64,000 bases of DNA from Nitrospinaceae bacterium (lineage in GTDB: Bacteria > Nitrospinota > Nitrospinia > Nitrospinales > Nitrospinaceae), in NCBI GenBank assembly GCA_965237905.1, contig OZ250172.1, forward strand, positions 1,120,001-1,184,000, read 5' to 3'. Below, piece by piece: positions 48,893-58,871 of this stretch; position 1 is the stretch's first letter; each line of letters begins with the position of its first letter. The notes below the pieces were generated by a model. The model did not search any database, was not told the origin of the DNA, and saw only the letters and a program-made list of their open reading frames with translations. Made by a program: the position numbers and the translations under genes.

Positions 48893-50434
48893 ATGGCTTC
48901 TGAAATCATAATCAATTCCAATCCTCGAGAAATCCGGGTCGCTCTGGTTGAAAATAATCAGTTGGCGGAGATTTTTATTGAGCACAAGGCCAAGAAAGGG
49001 ATCGTCGGGAACATTTACAAGGGCATCGTGACCAAGGTCCTGCCGGGAATGCAGGTATCGTTTGTCGATATTGGCCTTGAAAAAGCCGGGTTTTTGTATG
49101 TCGGCGATATCGACGTCATCGACCTGATGGAACTTGAAAACGATGAAGAGGATTCGGAAGAAATAAAGCTGGGGAAAGAGAAGGACAAGGCTTCTCAGGA
49201 GGAAGGCAAACCTTCGCACATGATAGGCCGAGGCATTCCCATTCAGGATCTGCTCAAAGAAGGCCAGGAAATCGTGGTCCAGGTCGCCAAAAACCCACTG
49301 GGGACGAAGGGAGCCCGGATCACCTCCTTCATCACCCTGGCGGGCCGCCACATTGTTTATATGCCGACTGTCAACCAAGTCAGCGTTTCACGCCGTATCG
49401 AGGACGAGGCAGAGAAAAACCGCCTGAGAAATCTAGTCGCCGAAATCGGGCGGCCCGATGAGGGCTATATTATCCGCACGGCAGGCTTAGGCCGCAATAA
49501 AGACGATTTTCTGCCCGACGTCAATTTCCTTCATAAATTATGGGATAACCTGCAGGGGCGGTTCGACAACCAACCGGGGCCCTGCTTGCTGTATGAAGAC
49601 CTGAACCTGATTTCCCGGTCGATCCGCGATCTGTTCAACGAAGATGTCGAGCGGCTGGTAATCGACTCCAAGGTGGATTATGAAAAATGCGTCGAATTCT
49701 GTTCCAGCTATCTCCCGCACCTGGTGGACAAAATCGAACTTTATAAAGAACCCGTACCCATTTACGATTACTACGGCATCGAGATCGAAATCAACCGGGC
49801 TCTGGGCCGCAAAGTCTGGCTCAAATCCGGCGGCTTCATCACCATCGACCAAACCGAAGCACTGGTCGCCATCGACGTTAACACCGGAAAATTCGTCGGG
49901 CATACCGATCCCGAAGAAACCATCCTTAAAACAAACCTCGAAGCGGTCAAGGAAATCGTTTACCAGTTACGACTGAGAAACATCGGGGGCATCATCATTG
50001 TTGATTTTATCGACATGGCCAAAGAAGAGAGCAAGGAAATCGTCTGGAACTCTCTGACCCAGGAGTTGAAGTTCGACCGCTCCCGAACCAATATCCTGAA
50101 AATTTCGGAACTGGGTCTTGTCGAAATGACCCGCAAGCGGGTGCGCGGCAGTCTGAGCCAGATCCTGTGCGACCCCTGCCCCTACTGTGAGGGCAAAGGC
50201 CATATCAAATCTCCCACCACGGTGTGTTACGAAATTATCAGGGCTCTGCAAAGACTGGTCACCAAAAACCTGACCCATAAAAATATCACCATCGAAGTGC
50301 CACCGCCGGTGTATGACCTTCTTTTTGAAGAGGAAACCTCTTACCTGGATGATATCGAAAGATCCTACAATATTGAGGTCAACGTCAAGGTCAACCCCAA
50401 ACTGCACCAGGAAAAATACACGATTACCACTTGA
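48893..50434 (+). CDS. rng: Ribonuclease G (Rne/Rng family)
   Basis: GNIYKG.V..V.PGMQ..FVDIG, IDVNTG, RLRNIGGIIIVDFIDM, CPYC.G.G; no long C-terminal tail. Confidence 0.92.
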   Translation: MASEIIINSNPREIRVALVENNQLAEIFIEHKAKKGIVGNIYKGIVTKVLPGMQVSFVDIGLEKAGFLYVGDIDVIDLMELENDEEDSEEIKLGKEKDKASQEEGKPSHMIGRGIPIQDLLKEGQEIVVQVAKNPLGTKGARITSFITLAGRHIVYMPTVNQVSVSRRIEDEAEKNRLRNLVAEIGRPDEGYIIRTAGLGRNKDDFLPDVNFLHKLWDNLQGRFDNQPGPCLLYEDLNLISRSIRDLFNEDVERLVIDSKVDYEKCVEFCSSYLPHLVDKIELYKEPVPIYDYYGIEIEINRALGRKVWLKSGGFITIDQTEALVAIDVNTGKFVGHTDPEETILKTNLEAVKEIVYQLRLRNIGGIIIVDFIDMAKEESKEIVWNSLTQELKFDRSRTNILKISELGLVEMTRKRVRGSLSQILCDPCPYCEGKGHIKSPTTVCYEIIRALQRLVTKNLTHKNITIEVPPPVYDLLFEEETSYLDDIERSYNIEVNVKVNPKLHQEKYTITT

Positions 50435-50621
50435 TTCCCGCCGAAAAAATCATTCCCTCCGGACAACTTGAGGTTTGGAGTTGGCCGCTCCCGTGATAGA
50501 ATCCGGTTATTCAAGTATTTCAAATACCGTTGAAGAGTTCGCGTTTTCATGTTTCTGCTTAATTTCATTGCCTGTCCTTTATCGGACGGGGCATCCGGTT
50601 AAACACTAGGAGATTATAACC

Positions 50622-50936
50622 ATGAGACCATTACTGATCCTCGGAGCATTGTTTCTTTGTTTTTCCCTGACCCTTGGGTGTGGAACCGTCGGTAAGGATT
50701 TTGATATGGAGCAGGCCCAGACCATTCAAAACGGCAAAACCACCCGGGAAGACATTGCCCTCATGTTTGGGGAGCCGTTCAAAGTCGGTGTCCAGAACAG
50801 CCATCCCATTTGGGTTTATGAACAAAACAAGTACCGGGCTATAGGAGATGATACCTCCAAAAGCCTGATCGTGGAGTTCGATGACAAAGGTGTGGTGCGA
50901 AATCATTCGATCATGTCAAATGAACCTGCTCTTTAA
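50622..50936 (+). CDS. SmpA/OmlA (BamE-like) lipoprotein
   Basis: Lipobox LGC; GKTTREDI..MFGEP, W.Y, V.FD..GVV. Confidence 0.75.
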   Translation: MRPLLILGALFLCFSLTLGCGTVGKDFDMEQAQTIQNGKTTREDIALMFGEPFKVGVQNSHPIWVYEQNKYRAIGDDTSKSLIVEFDDKGVVRNHSIMSNEPAL

Positions 50937-50958
50937 GCGCACCGAAATTTATTTATAG

Positions 50959-52374
50959 ATGTTTGAATTCAACCGGGACCAACAAGCGATTCTGCATTTG
51001 ACGTGGATCGCTTTCTTCCTGACCTTTGTGTCCTGGTTCAACATGGCACCGTTCAACACCACCTTGCAGGCGGTGGCAGGGTTGACCTCCGACCAAATCA
51101 AACTCTTGATGATCTGCAACGTGGCGCTGACCATCCCAGCGCGCATCGTGATCGGTTCCTTGGTCGACCGTTACGGTCCCAAGCAAGTCTTCACCGGCCT
51201 TCTGGTGTTTACGGGCGCCGTCTCCCTCTATTTTTCACTCGCGACCAGCTTCGGAGAATTTTTGGTCTCCCGTCTGCTCATGGGGTGCGCCGGGGCCGGG
51301 TTCGTTGTCGGCATTAAAATGATCGCCGAATGGTTTCCCCCGGACCGCATGGGCACCGCTCAGGGCATCTATGCCGGTTGGGGCAATTTCGGAGCCGCTG
51401 CGGCGTTGTTTGCTCTGCCACCGATCGCGGCCCTGTTTTCGCAGGAGTTGGGATGGCGTGTGGCGGCGGCTTTCTCCGGCCTCCTGTGCCTGGTGTGGGC
51501 TGGAGTGTATCACCGCTGGGCAAGAGAGGTACCGGGACGCGCCAAAGAGTTCCCTGTCGGCTTGGAAAACACCATCGAAGTCACTTCAAAAAGAGATCTG
51601 GTTCTGCAAATCCTCTTAATGATCCCCCTGTATACGGCTATCGGTTTGCTGATCTGGAAACTGGCGTCTTCCCCCGCTTTTCCGGGAGGAATCTGGATGG
51701 AAACCTTTCTGTGGGCCGTGATCGTTGGATTGTTCATTTTAAACGCGCTTCGCTGCATAAAGGTCAATTTACCCCGCATCACCAACGGTATTCCCGAAGA
51801 CAAAAATTATGCGTTCAGCCAGATCGCCATCCTCAGTCTCGTGTATGCGCTCACCTTCGGTTCAGAGCTGGCGGTGGTCTCCATGTTTCCGCAGTTCCTG
51901 GAGAACACGTTCCAACTGACAGTCACCACGGCGGGTATTCTGGGGTCGTGTGTGGCCTTTTTCAATCTGGTCACGCGTCCCAGCGGCGGATGGCTATCCG
52001 ACAAGCTGGGAAGGCGCCGGGTTCTGTTCATTCTGGTGCTGGGAGCGGCCATCGGATATGGGTTCATGGGAGAGATCAACCCGCAATGGCCGCTAGGGAG
52101 GGTAATCGGTCTAGCGGTGTTTTGCTCGTTAATGGTCCAGGCCGGCAACGGCGCCTGCTTTGCCCTGGTGCCGCTGATCCGCAAAGACCTCACCGGCAAG
52201 CTGGCCGGAGTAGTGGGGGCCTATGGCAACGTCGGCGCAGTGTTTTTTCTGACTCTGTTCAGCGTGGTGGAGCCCACTACTTTTTTTCAATGCCTCGGCG
52301 TTTACGCCTTTCTGGTATTATTGTCCCTGCTGTTTCTGCAATCCTTTAAAAACCTCCACAACTCCTATCATTGA
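50959..52374 (+). CDS. narK: Nitrate/nitrite porter family MFS transporter (NarK/NrtP-like)
   Basis: LHLTW.AFFLTF..WFN.AP, G.AGAGF..GI, GIYAGWGN.G, FGSELA, RP.GG..SD, GAYGNVG. Confidence 0.88.
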   Translation: MFEFNRDQQAILHLTWIAFFLTFVSWFNMAPFNTTLQAVAGLTSDQIKLLMICNVALTIPARIVIGSLVDRYGPKQVFTGLLVFTGAVSLYFSLATSFGEFLVSRLLMGCAGAGFVVGIKMIAEWFPPDRMGTAQGIYAGWGNFGAAAALFALPPIAALFSQELGWRVAAAFSGLLCLVWAGVYHRWAREVPGRAKEFPVGLENTIEVTSKRDLVLQILLMIPLYTAIGLLIWKLASSPAFPGGIWMETFLWAVIVGLFILNALRCIKVNLPRITNGIPEDKNYAFSQIAILSLVYALTFGSELAVVSMFPQFLENTFQLTVTTAGILGSCVAFFNLVTRPSGGWLSDKLGRRRVLFILVLGAAIGYGFMGEINPQWPLGRVIGLAVFCSLMVQAGNGACFALVPLIRKDLTGKLAGVVGAYGNVGAVFFLTLFSVVEPTTFFQCLGVYAFLVLLSLLFLQSFKNLHNSYH

Positions 52375-52395
52375 TTCAATAGAGAAAGGAACTTC

Positions 52396-53493
52396 ATGGG
52401 TTTCACCTGCGGCCTCGTCGGCCTGCCCAATGTCGGCAAAACGGTTATCTTCAACGCCTTGACCCGTTCCAAGGCGGAATCCTCCAACTACGCGTTCAGC
52501 ACCAGCAAACCGAATATCGGGATAGTGGATGTGCCGGACCTGCGCCTCGATGCCATCGACCAACTGGTGCCGGCGAAGAAAAAAGTGCCCACCACCATGC
52601 AGTTCGTGGACATCGCGGGACTGGTCAAAGGCGCATCACGCGGCGAAGGGCTGGGCAACCAGTTCCTGGGCAACATCCGCGAGATGGAAGCCATCGCCCA
52701 CGTGGTGCGCTGTTTCGAGGATGACAACATCCCGCACGTGCACGATAAAATCGACCCGGCGTCGGATATCGACGAGATCAATACCGAGCTGATGATCGCC
52801 GATCTCGAAACCCTGGAGAAACGTAAACTGAAACTGGATAAGCTGGCGAGAAGCGGCGACAAGGACGCGCGCATGCAAATCGGTGTTATCGTCCGCCTGA
52901 TGGAAGCGTTCGACGACAACCAGCCCGCGCGATCGGTGGAGTTTCAAAATCCCGGCGAACAAACCTTCGTCAAAACCCTCAACCTGCTCACCGTGAAACC
53001 CGTGCTCTACGTCTGCAACGTGGCCGATCCGTCGGAAATGGACGGACCACTGGTCCAAAAGGTCAAGCAGGTAGCCGAGGCGGAGGGGACCGAGATGGTC
53101 GCGCTGGCGGGTCAACTGGAAAACGAATTGCTGGAGATCGAGGACCCGGACGAGCTCAAGGAATTTTTAGATGAAATGCAACTGGAGGAACCCGGCTTCG
53201 ACCGCATGATCCATGCCGGATACCGCCTGTTGGGACTGGAAACCTACTTCACGGTCGGCGAACAGGAAAACCGCGCGTGGACCATCCACAAAAACACCAA
53301 GGCTCCGCAGGCGGCGGGCAAGATTCATTCGGATTTCGAAAAGGGATTCATCAAGGCAGTGGTGTACCACTACGACGATCTGGTGCAGTACCAATCCGAA
53401 CACGCTGTGAAAGAGGCGGGTAAACTGCGACTGGAGGGCAAGGAGTACGTGGTGAAAGACGGCGACATAATGCACTTCCGCTTCAACGTGTGA
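52396..53493 (+). CDS. ychF: Redox-regulated ATPase YchF
   Basis: GLPNVGK, DIAGLVKGAS.GEGLGNQFL, AAGKIHSDFEKGFI, EGKEY.V.DGD. Confidence 0.96.
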   Translation: MGFTCGLVGLPNVGKTVIFNALTRSKAESSNYAFSTSKPNIGIVDVPDLRLDAIDQLVPAKKKVPTTMQFVDIAGLVKGASRGEGLGNQFLGNIREMEAIAHVVRCFEDDNIPHVHDKIDPASDIDEINTELMIADLETLEKRKLKLDKLARSGDKDARMQIGVIVRLMEAFDDNQPARSVEFQNPGEQTFVKTLNLLTVKPVLYVCNVADPSEMDGPLVQKVKQVAEAEGTEMVALAGQLENELLEIEDPDELKEFLDEMQLEEPGFDRMIHAGYRLLGLETYFTVGEQENRAWTIHKNTKAPQAAGKIHSDFEKGFIKAVVYHYDDLVQYQSEHAVKEAGKLRLEGKEYVVKDGDIMHFRFNV

Positions 53494-54352
53494 CCGGCTG
53501 GCCGTAGGTCCGGCGTTCGTAGATTTTCCAGATGCGGATGGCCTGGACGCGTTCCAGCTCGGTGCCGCCGTTGTAGATGGCCGTCAGGTCTTCGTTGGTC
53601 AAAGCCATCAACGCGACCGACATCACGTCGGTCACCGTTTCCGGACCGTAATGCACGAGGCCCTCATGCGCGTCGGGCCACCAGGGTTCCAGCGTGATCT
53701 TGGGGATGTTCAGTTTGCGCCGGTCATCCATGTATTTGATGATCGTGGGCACGGCTTCTTTTCCCAGAGCAATCACCGCTTCGTAAACCGCCTGCGCCGT
53801 GCCGGGATCGGTTCGCTTGTCCACCATGAGCTCCACCAGGCTCTGCACTTCCGACTCCTTCGGCAGAACGTGCGCGGCGGCATAGCTGTCGCTTGCCTGA
53901 ATTAGTTTTTCCTGAGTTGAAACTTCTTTACGGATGCGGGCGGACAACGCTTCACTTGCGGACTGCATCGCCTCGGGTACATACGCCGCTAGGTAATATT
54001 TTTCTTTCACGTTCTGGAGAAATACGATGGCGGACTTGCCGTTCAGCGGAACAATTTTTTGCCGGGAAACGCCTCCGTATTGCTCGGTATCCGTGTAATA
54101 ACGGAAATCAAACTGCTGTGAATCAGGCTTTCCCTTGAGTGCGGTTTTGACAGCCACCTTCACGATAACGAATTCATGCTCGCCAGTTTGCTCCGCTTTT
54201 CGGATGGCGGCGACCGGCACTTCCATCGTGCCTTCCACAATCAGATAACTCTTGGCCACCAACTGCCAGAACGGATATTCCTTTTCCGCCTGACTGATAT
54301 CCGGCCACAAGAGGGTTAGAACAATAAAAATAGTTTTTAGATCAGTTTTCAT
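53483..54352 (-). CDS. Hypothetical secreted protein
   Basis: 289-aa ORF with signal-peptide-like start (..SQA-EK); no family recognised. Confidence 0.7.
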   Translation of the reverse strand: MKTDLKTIFIVLTLLWPDISQAEKEYPFWQLVAKSYLIVEGTMEVPVAAIRKAEQTGEHEFVIVKVAVKTALKGKPDSQQFDFRYYTDTEQYGGVSRQKIVPLNGKSAIVFLQNVKEKYYLAAYVPEAMQSASEALSARIRKEVSTQEKLIQASDSYAAAHVLPKESEVQSLVELMVDKRTDPGTAQAVYEAVIALGKEAVPTIIKYMDDRRKLNIPKITLEPWWPDAHEGLVHYGPETVTDVMSVALMALTNEDLTAIYNGGTELERVQAIRIWKIYERRTYGQPVTR

Positions 54353-54411
54353 AATTTAAAGATACCTGAGGATGCGAATACAACGATTCAACCGCGCCAT
54401 TCCACCTGAGC
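54351..54411 (-). repeat. Copy 2 of the dispersed intergenic motif (copy 1 at 3927-3984)
   Basis: GCTCAGGTGGAATGGCGCGGTTGAATCGTTGTATTCGCATCC...TTTAAATTATG runs into the start codon. Confidence 0.75.
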
Positions 54412-54427
54412 CATGCCGGGTCAAGCG

Positions 54428-55390
54428 TCACGCTTGCCAGCCGGGGATGAGGGTCCGGGGGGTTTTGCCGTCCAATGCGTCGAACACGTTGTCGACCACC
54501 AACAGAGCCATGGTATCGCGGGTGGCCACCGAAGCGCTACCGATATGTGGGAGCAAGATGAGGTTGTCCAGATCGGTCAATTCCGGTTCGTTTTCGAACA
54601 CGTCGAGCACCGCTCCCGCAATTTGTTTCTGCTTCAGCGCTTCCACCAATGCCCGGTCATCGACCACCTTGCCCCGCGCTGAGTGAATGAGATAGGCCGT
54701 CGGCTTCATCATCGCCAGTTGATCCTCTCCGATCATGTACTTTGTCTCATAGGTCAACGGCACGTGCAGGGTGACGAAATCGGATTCCTTCAACAAGGTA
54801 TCGAGAGAAACGAAGCGGGCGTTAAGCTTTTTTTCTTCCGCCGACGGCAGGCGTTTTCTTTGATGATACAGCACGCGCATATCGAATCCGAGGGCCCGCC
54901 GCGCTACCGCTTTGCCGATCTCTCCGCATCCGATCACGCCCAGGGTTTTGCCGTACACATCGCCGCCCAAAAACATATCGGCCTGCCAGCCGTGAAATTT
55001 TCCCTCACGGGCGAAGCGATCCGACTCGACAATACGCCGCGCGATACCCAGTATCATGGCCCAGGTGAGATCGGCGGTGGTCTCGTGCAGAACGCCGGGG
55101 GTATTGCTCACCCAGATGTTTTTCTTTTGGGCATGGGCGACATCGATATTGTTAAAACCGGCCCCGTAATTGGCGATAATTTTCAGATGTTCACCACCCG
55201 CGTCGATGACAGCGGCATTGATCTTATCGGTCAGATAACTGATGAGAGCCTGGCTTTTCCCGGCACGGTCGATCAGGTCGGTGGCACTCAGGGAATTTCC
55301 CGAATCGTTGTAAAGCACCTCGGCGCGGCTCCGCAACTTTTCAAGGGCCACTTCCGGGAAAATATGGGTCACGGTTACGGTCGGTTTCAT
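54428..55390 (-). CDS. D-isomer 2-hydroxyacid dehydrogenase (glyoxylate/hydroxypyruvate reductase-like)
   Basis: NTPGVL..TAD, G.IG.G.IG, SDFV.LH.PL, ARG, DVFE.EP, PHIGSA. Confidence 0.9.
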   Translation of the reverse strand: MKPTVTVTHIFPEVALEKLRSRAEVLYNDSGNSLSATDLIDRAGKSQALISYLTDKINAAVIDAGGEHLKIIANYGAGFNNIDVAHAQKKNIWVSNTPGVLHETTADLTWAMILGIARRIVESDRFAREGKFHGWQADMFLGGDVYGKTLGVIGCGEIGKAVARRALGFDMRVLYHQRKRLPSAEEKKLNARFVSLDTLLKESDFVTLHVPLTYETKYMIGEDQLAMMKPTAYLIHSARGKVVDDRALVEALKQKQIAGAVLDVFENEPELTDLDNLILLPHIGSASVATRDTMALLVVDNVFDALDGKTPRTLIPGWQA

Positions 55391-55582
55391 TTCAACTCAC
55401 TTTCTACAATCAGGGTCATTCGTCAGGCATTATCGCAACAAAAGGCCACATGATAAATAAATTCCCCTTTCAGTTCCACCCGAATCGCTTGCAAACGGTT
55501 TAAATTGCTGAAATCAAGCCAACAGCGGCTGGGCCGCCCATTTGAGGGTGACCCTCCGGCGCCATTGGTGTAAAATTTGATT

Positions 55583-56221
55583 ATGTTGACCGTCAACGAA
55601 ATTTTCAAGAGTATCCAGGGCGAATCCTCCTTTACCGGACTGCCCTGCATTTTCATCCGCCTGACCGGGTGCAACCTCCGCTGTACCTGGTGCGACACAG
55701 AATACGCGTTTTACGAGGGCAAACCGAAGTCCGTGGAAAAAATTATGGATGCCATCGATCCGCTCGGCGTTCCGCTGGTGGAAATCACCGGCGGCGAACC
55801 GCTCCTGCAGGACGAGGTGTACGATCTCATGAACGCCCTGCTCGAAAAAAATTACCAGGTTCTGGTGGAAACCGGCGGCGGGGTTTCAGTGGCAAAGGTC
55901 CCGGAGCGGGTGATCAAGATTCTGGACATCAAATGCCCCGGCAGTGGCGAAGCTACGAAGAATCTATGGGATAACCTGGATCACCTCAACCCGCACGACG
56001 AGGTGAAGTTTGTGCTGGCGGATCGCACCGACTACGAGTGGAGCAAGGAAATTCTGGAGCGCACCAACATTTACAAAAAAGTCCAGGTGCTTTTTTCACC
56101 GGTTTATGACAGACTCGGCCTCAAGGAGCTGGCGGCGTGGGTGTTGGAAGACAACCTGCCAGTACGGGTGCAGACCCAGCTCCACAAAGTCATCTGGGGA
56201 AAAGACGCCATCGGCGTATAA
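55583..56221 (+). CDS. queE: 7-carboxy-7-deazaguanine synthase (radical SAM)
   Basis: EIFKSIQGES, RLTGCNLRCTWCDT, TGGEPLLQ, QLHK..W. Confidence 0.9.
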   Translation: MLTVNEIFKSIQGESSFTGLPCIFIRLTGCNLRCTWCDTEYAFYEGKPKSVEKIMDAIDPLGVPLVEITGGEPLLQDEVYDLMNALLEKNYQVLVETGGGVSVAKVPERVIKILDIKCPGSGEATKNLWDNLDHLNPHDEVKFVLADRTDYEWSKEILERTNIYKKVQVLFSPVYDRLGLKELAAWVLEDNLPVRVQTQLHKVIWGKDAIGV

Positions 56222-56255
56222 TTCATTCCCACTGTTCAACCCTCCGCTTTGAAAC

Positions 56256-57344
56256 ATGAAACCAACCGCGATAAAACGGAACATACAAAAGGCCCTGCTC
56301 GGCTGGTTCGACACCGAGCAACGCGATATGCCGTGGCGGCGGACCGGTGACCCGTATCCGATCTGGGTGTCCGAAATCATGCTCCAGCAAACGCAGGTGA
56401 AAACCGTTATCCCCTATTTCGAGCGCTGGATGAAAAATTTTCCGACCCTGCAGAAACTGGCCCGCTCGCGGGAGGAAACCGTCCTCAAGCATTGGGAGGG
56501 CCTTGGATATTATTCACGCGCCCGCAACCTGCACCGCGCCGCCAAAATCGTCGTGAAAGAATATAAAGGCAGGGTGCCGGATACTCACGATACACTCATC
56601 CAACTTCCCGGTATCGGGCGCTACACGGCGGGAGCGATTTTAAGTATCGCGTTCGATCAACCGGTACCGGTGCTGGACGGCAACGTGAAGCGGGTGCTGT
56701 CGCGCCTGTTCGTCATGCAGGGCAACGGTGTGCCATCAGCCCATGAAAACCGGCTGTGGCAAACCTCGGCGGAACTGGTACCTGCCCAACGGCCGGGCGA
56801 TTTCAATCAGGCGATGATGGAGCTAGGGGCAACGGTCTGCCTGCCCAAAAAACCGCTCTGCCTGGTGTGCCCTTTACAAAGGCAATGCGAAGCTCAACAA
56901 CGGGGGGAGGTGGACCAATTTCCCGCGCCCAAGGCCCGCGCCCGCACCCAAAAAATTGAAGTGAGCGCGGCGGTCATCACACGCGGTGGAAAAGTCTATA
57001 TCCAGCAACGGCTCCACGGCGGGTTGATGGGCGGCCTCTGGGAGTTTCCCGGCGGCAAACGCAAACCGGATGAAACGGAAGAAGCTTGTCTCAAGCGTGA
57101 GATTAAAGAAGAGCTGGGCGTTCCTATAACCATCTCGAAGAAACTGATGACCATCAAGCACAGCTACACGCAGTTTCGGGTTACGCTCAACGTGTTCTGG
57201 TGCCCCTGGAAATCGGGACGCATCCGCGCCACCCAGTGCGAACAGTGGAAATGGGTTAAATACGAAGATTTAAAAAACTACACCTTTCCGGCCGCCAATG
57301 CGAAGATCGTAAAAAGTCTGGTGAGCAACGGTGAAAAATTCTGA
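56256..57344 (+). CDS. mutY: A/G-specific adenine glycosylase with intact C-terminal Nudix box
   Basis: WVSEIMLQQT, WEGLGYY.RARNL, HhH LPGIGRYTA, DGNV, C-x6-C-x2-C-x5-C Fe-S motif. Confidence 0.95.
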   Translation: MKPTAIKRNIQKALLGWFDTEQRDMPWRRTGDPYPIWVSEIMLQQTQVKTVIPYFERWMKNFPTLQKLARSREETVLKHWEGLGYYSRARNLHRAAKIVVKEYKGRVPDTHDTLIQLPGIGRYTAGAILSIAFDQPVPVLDGNVKRVLSRLFVMQGNGVPSAHENRLWQTSAELVPAQRPGDFNQAMMELGATVCLPKKPLCLVCPLQRQCEAQQRGEVDQFPAPKARARTQKIEVSAAVITRGGKVYIQQRLHGGLMGGLWEFPGGKRKPDETEEACLKREIKEELGVPITISKKLMTIKHSYTQFRVTLNVFWCPWKSGRIRATQCEQWKWVKYEDLKNYTFPAANAKIVKSLVSNGEKF

Positions 57345-57366
57345 CGGAGCCTGGTAAAGCCAACTG

Positions 57367-58509
57367 ATGCTGAATGATCTGAAAAAAAATCCGGGAGTGC
57401 GAATCATTGTGATCGGAGCATTGGCCAATCTTTTGCTGGCCGCGCTGAAGATCGCCGGGGGGATCTTCGGCAAAAGTACCGCCATGCTCGCTGACGGCAT
57501 TCATTCCCTGTCTGATTTGCTGACCGACGTGGTAGTGCTGTTCACGCACAAGATCGGCCAACTCCCGGCGGACGAAAATCATCCTTACGGCCACGGTCGC
57601 GCGGAAACGATCGGCGCCACCCTTGTGGGTGCGGTGATCATTGTCGCGGGGTTCGGTTTGGCTTACCAATCCTGGGGAATTATTACCTCCGGTACGTTCC
57701 AGACTCCTCTTATCCCGGCGGCGTTGGCGGCGTTGGTTTCCATCGTAATCAAAGAAGTTCTGTTTCGCTATACACGCTCGGTGGGAGAAGCAACCAACAG
57801 CCCGTCGCTCGTTGCAAACGCCTGGCACCACCGCTCGGACGCCATTTCCTCTCTCGCCGCACTGATCGGTATAGGCGGGGCGATGGCAGGGTACCCCATT
57901 ATGGACCCGATTGCGGCCATTATCGTATCGGTGATGATTGCGAAAGTGGGTTATAACATCGCATTCAAGGGATTGAGCGATCTCATGGACACGGCCTTGA
58001 GTGAAGAGGAGACCCGCCGTATCGCAACGATGATCAATGGTTTGCCCGGGGTAATCCAAACGCACAATTTAAGAACACGGCAGATCGGCGGCGATGTGCT
58101 CATGGACGTTCATATTCTGGTCGACCATGAAGCATCCGTCACCGAAGGGCATCATATTGCGGAAGGTGTACGGCGCGAATTGATCCGCGCGATGGATAAT
58201 GTTCAAGATGTTCTCGTTCATGTCGACACCGAAGATGACGCCGCGTTTGAATCCATTTACTGGGCCAACCGAAACTATCTGGAGAAACAAGTGGACCCGA
58301 TGATTGCCTCGATGAAAGATATTCAGCGACGAACTCATCTTCGGGCTCATCACCATGGCGGCAAAACCACGCTGGAAGTGTTTATCAAAATGAAAGAAGG
58401 GCTCGACCCTGATGAGGCCAATTCCGTCATGAAGGAACTGAAGGAACATCTTCAAACCATCGAGCATGTGCATGAAGTCCGGGTGTTCATTGACACCAAT
58501 TCCAGTTAA
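57367..58509 (+). CDS. Cation diffusion facilitator transporter with duplicated C-terminal domain
   Basis: ADGIHSLSD, HPYGHGR.E, HHRSD, DVH...EGH, VLVH.D. Confidence 0.9.
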   Translation: MLNDLKKNPGVRIIVIGALANLLLAALKIAGGIFGKSTAMLADGIHSLSDLLTDVVVLFTHKIGQLPADENHPYGHGRAETIGATLVGAVIIVAGFGLAYQSWGIITSGTFQTPLIPAALAALVSIVIKEVLFRYTRSVGEATNSPSLVANAWHHRSDAISSLAALIGIGGAMAGYPIMDPIAAIIVSVMIAKVGYNIAFKGLSDLMDTALSEEETRRIATMINGLPGVIQTHNLRTRQIGGDVLMDVHILVDHEASVTEGHHIAEGVRRELIRAMDNVQDVLVHVDTEDDAAFESIYWANRNYLEKQVDPMIASMKDIQRRTHLRAHHHGGKTTLEVFIKMKEGLDPDEANSVMKELKEHLQTIEHVHEVRVFIDTNSS

Positions 58510-58535
58510 ACTCACAAAAGAAAGGAGCCGTATTC

Positions 58536-58850
58536 ATGCCGGTATGCATGACAGCGCGTTATCAGGTCCCGCCGGAAATGGTAGAAGATTGCAAACGCAC
58601 CGTTGAGGACTTTGTCAAATACATACGGATCAACGAGCCGACTACGTTGTTCTACATGGCGAATCAGGAGATGGGGCATCCCACCCAATTTTTGCACACG
58701 ATGATATTCGAAAACGAAGAAGCCGTCGCCATCCACCAGAAATCCCCCGCCACCAAGCGATTTGTGGACATGATCTATCCCGCCGCGATCGAGCCTTTGG
58801 AGTTCAATCAATACTATATTCTGGGATTTAAAAGCAAATACGAGGGGTGA
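58536..58850 (+). CDS. ABM-like (antibiotic biosynthesis monooxygenase fold) small protein
   Basis: EP.T..Y, F.NEEA..H..SP pattern; AGGAG RBS. Confidence 0.65.
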   Translation: MPVCMTARYQVPPEMVEDCKRTVEDFVKYIRINEPTTLFYMANQEMGHPTQFLHTMIFENEEAVAIHQKSPATKRFVDMIYPAAIEPLEFNQYYILGFKSKYEG

Positions 58851-58871
58851 GCCTTCAGGAGTAATGGAGAA

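Noticed and set aside
51330..52349. 339-aa alternate-frame ORF inside narK
   Set aside because: Arg/Gly/Pro-rich off-frame reading typical of GC-rich coding DNA.
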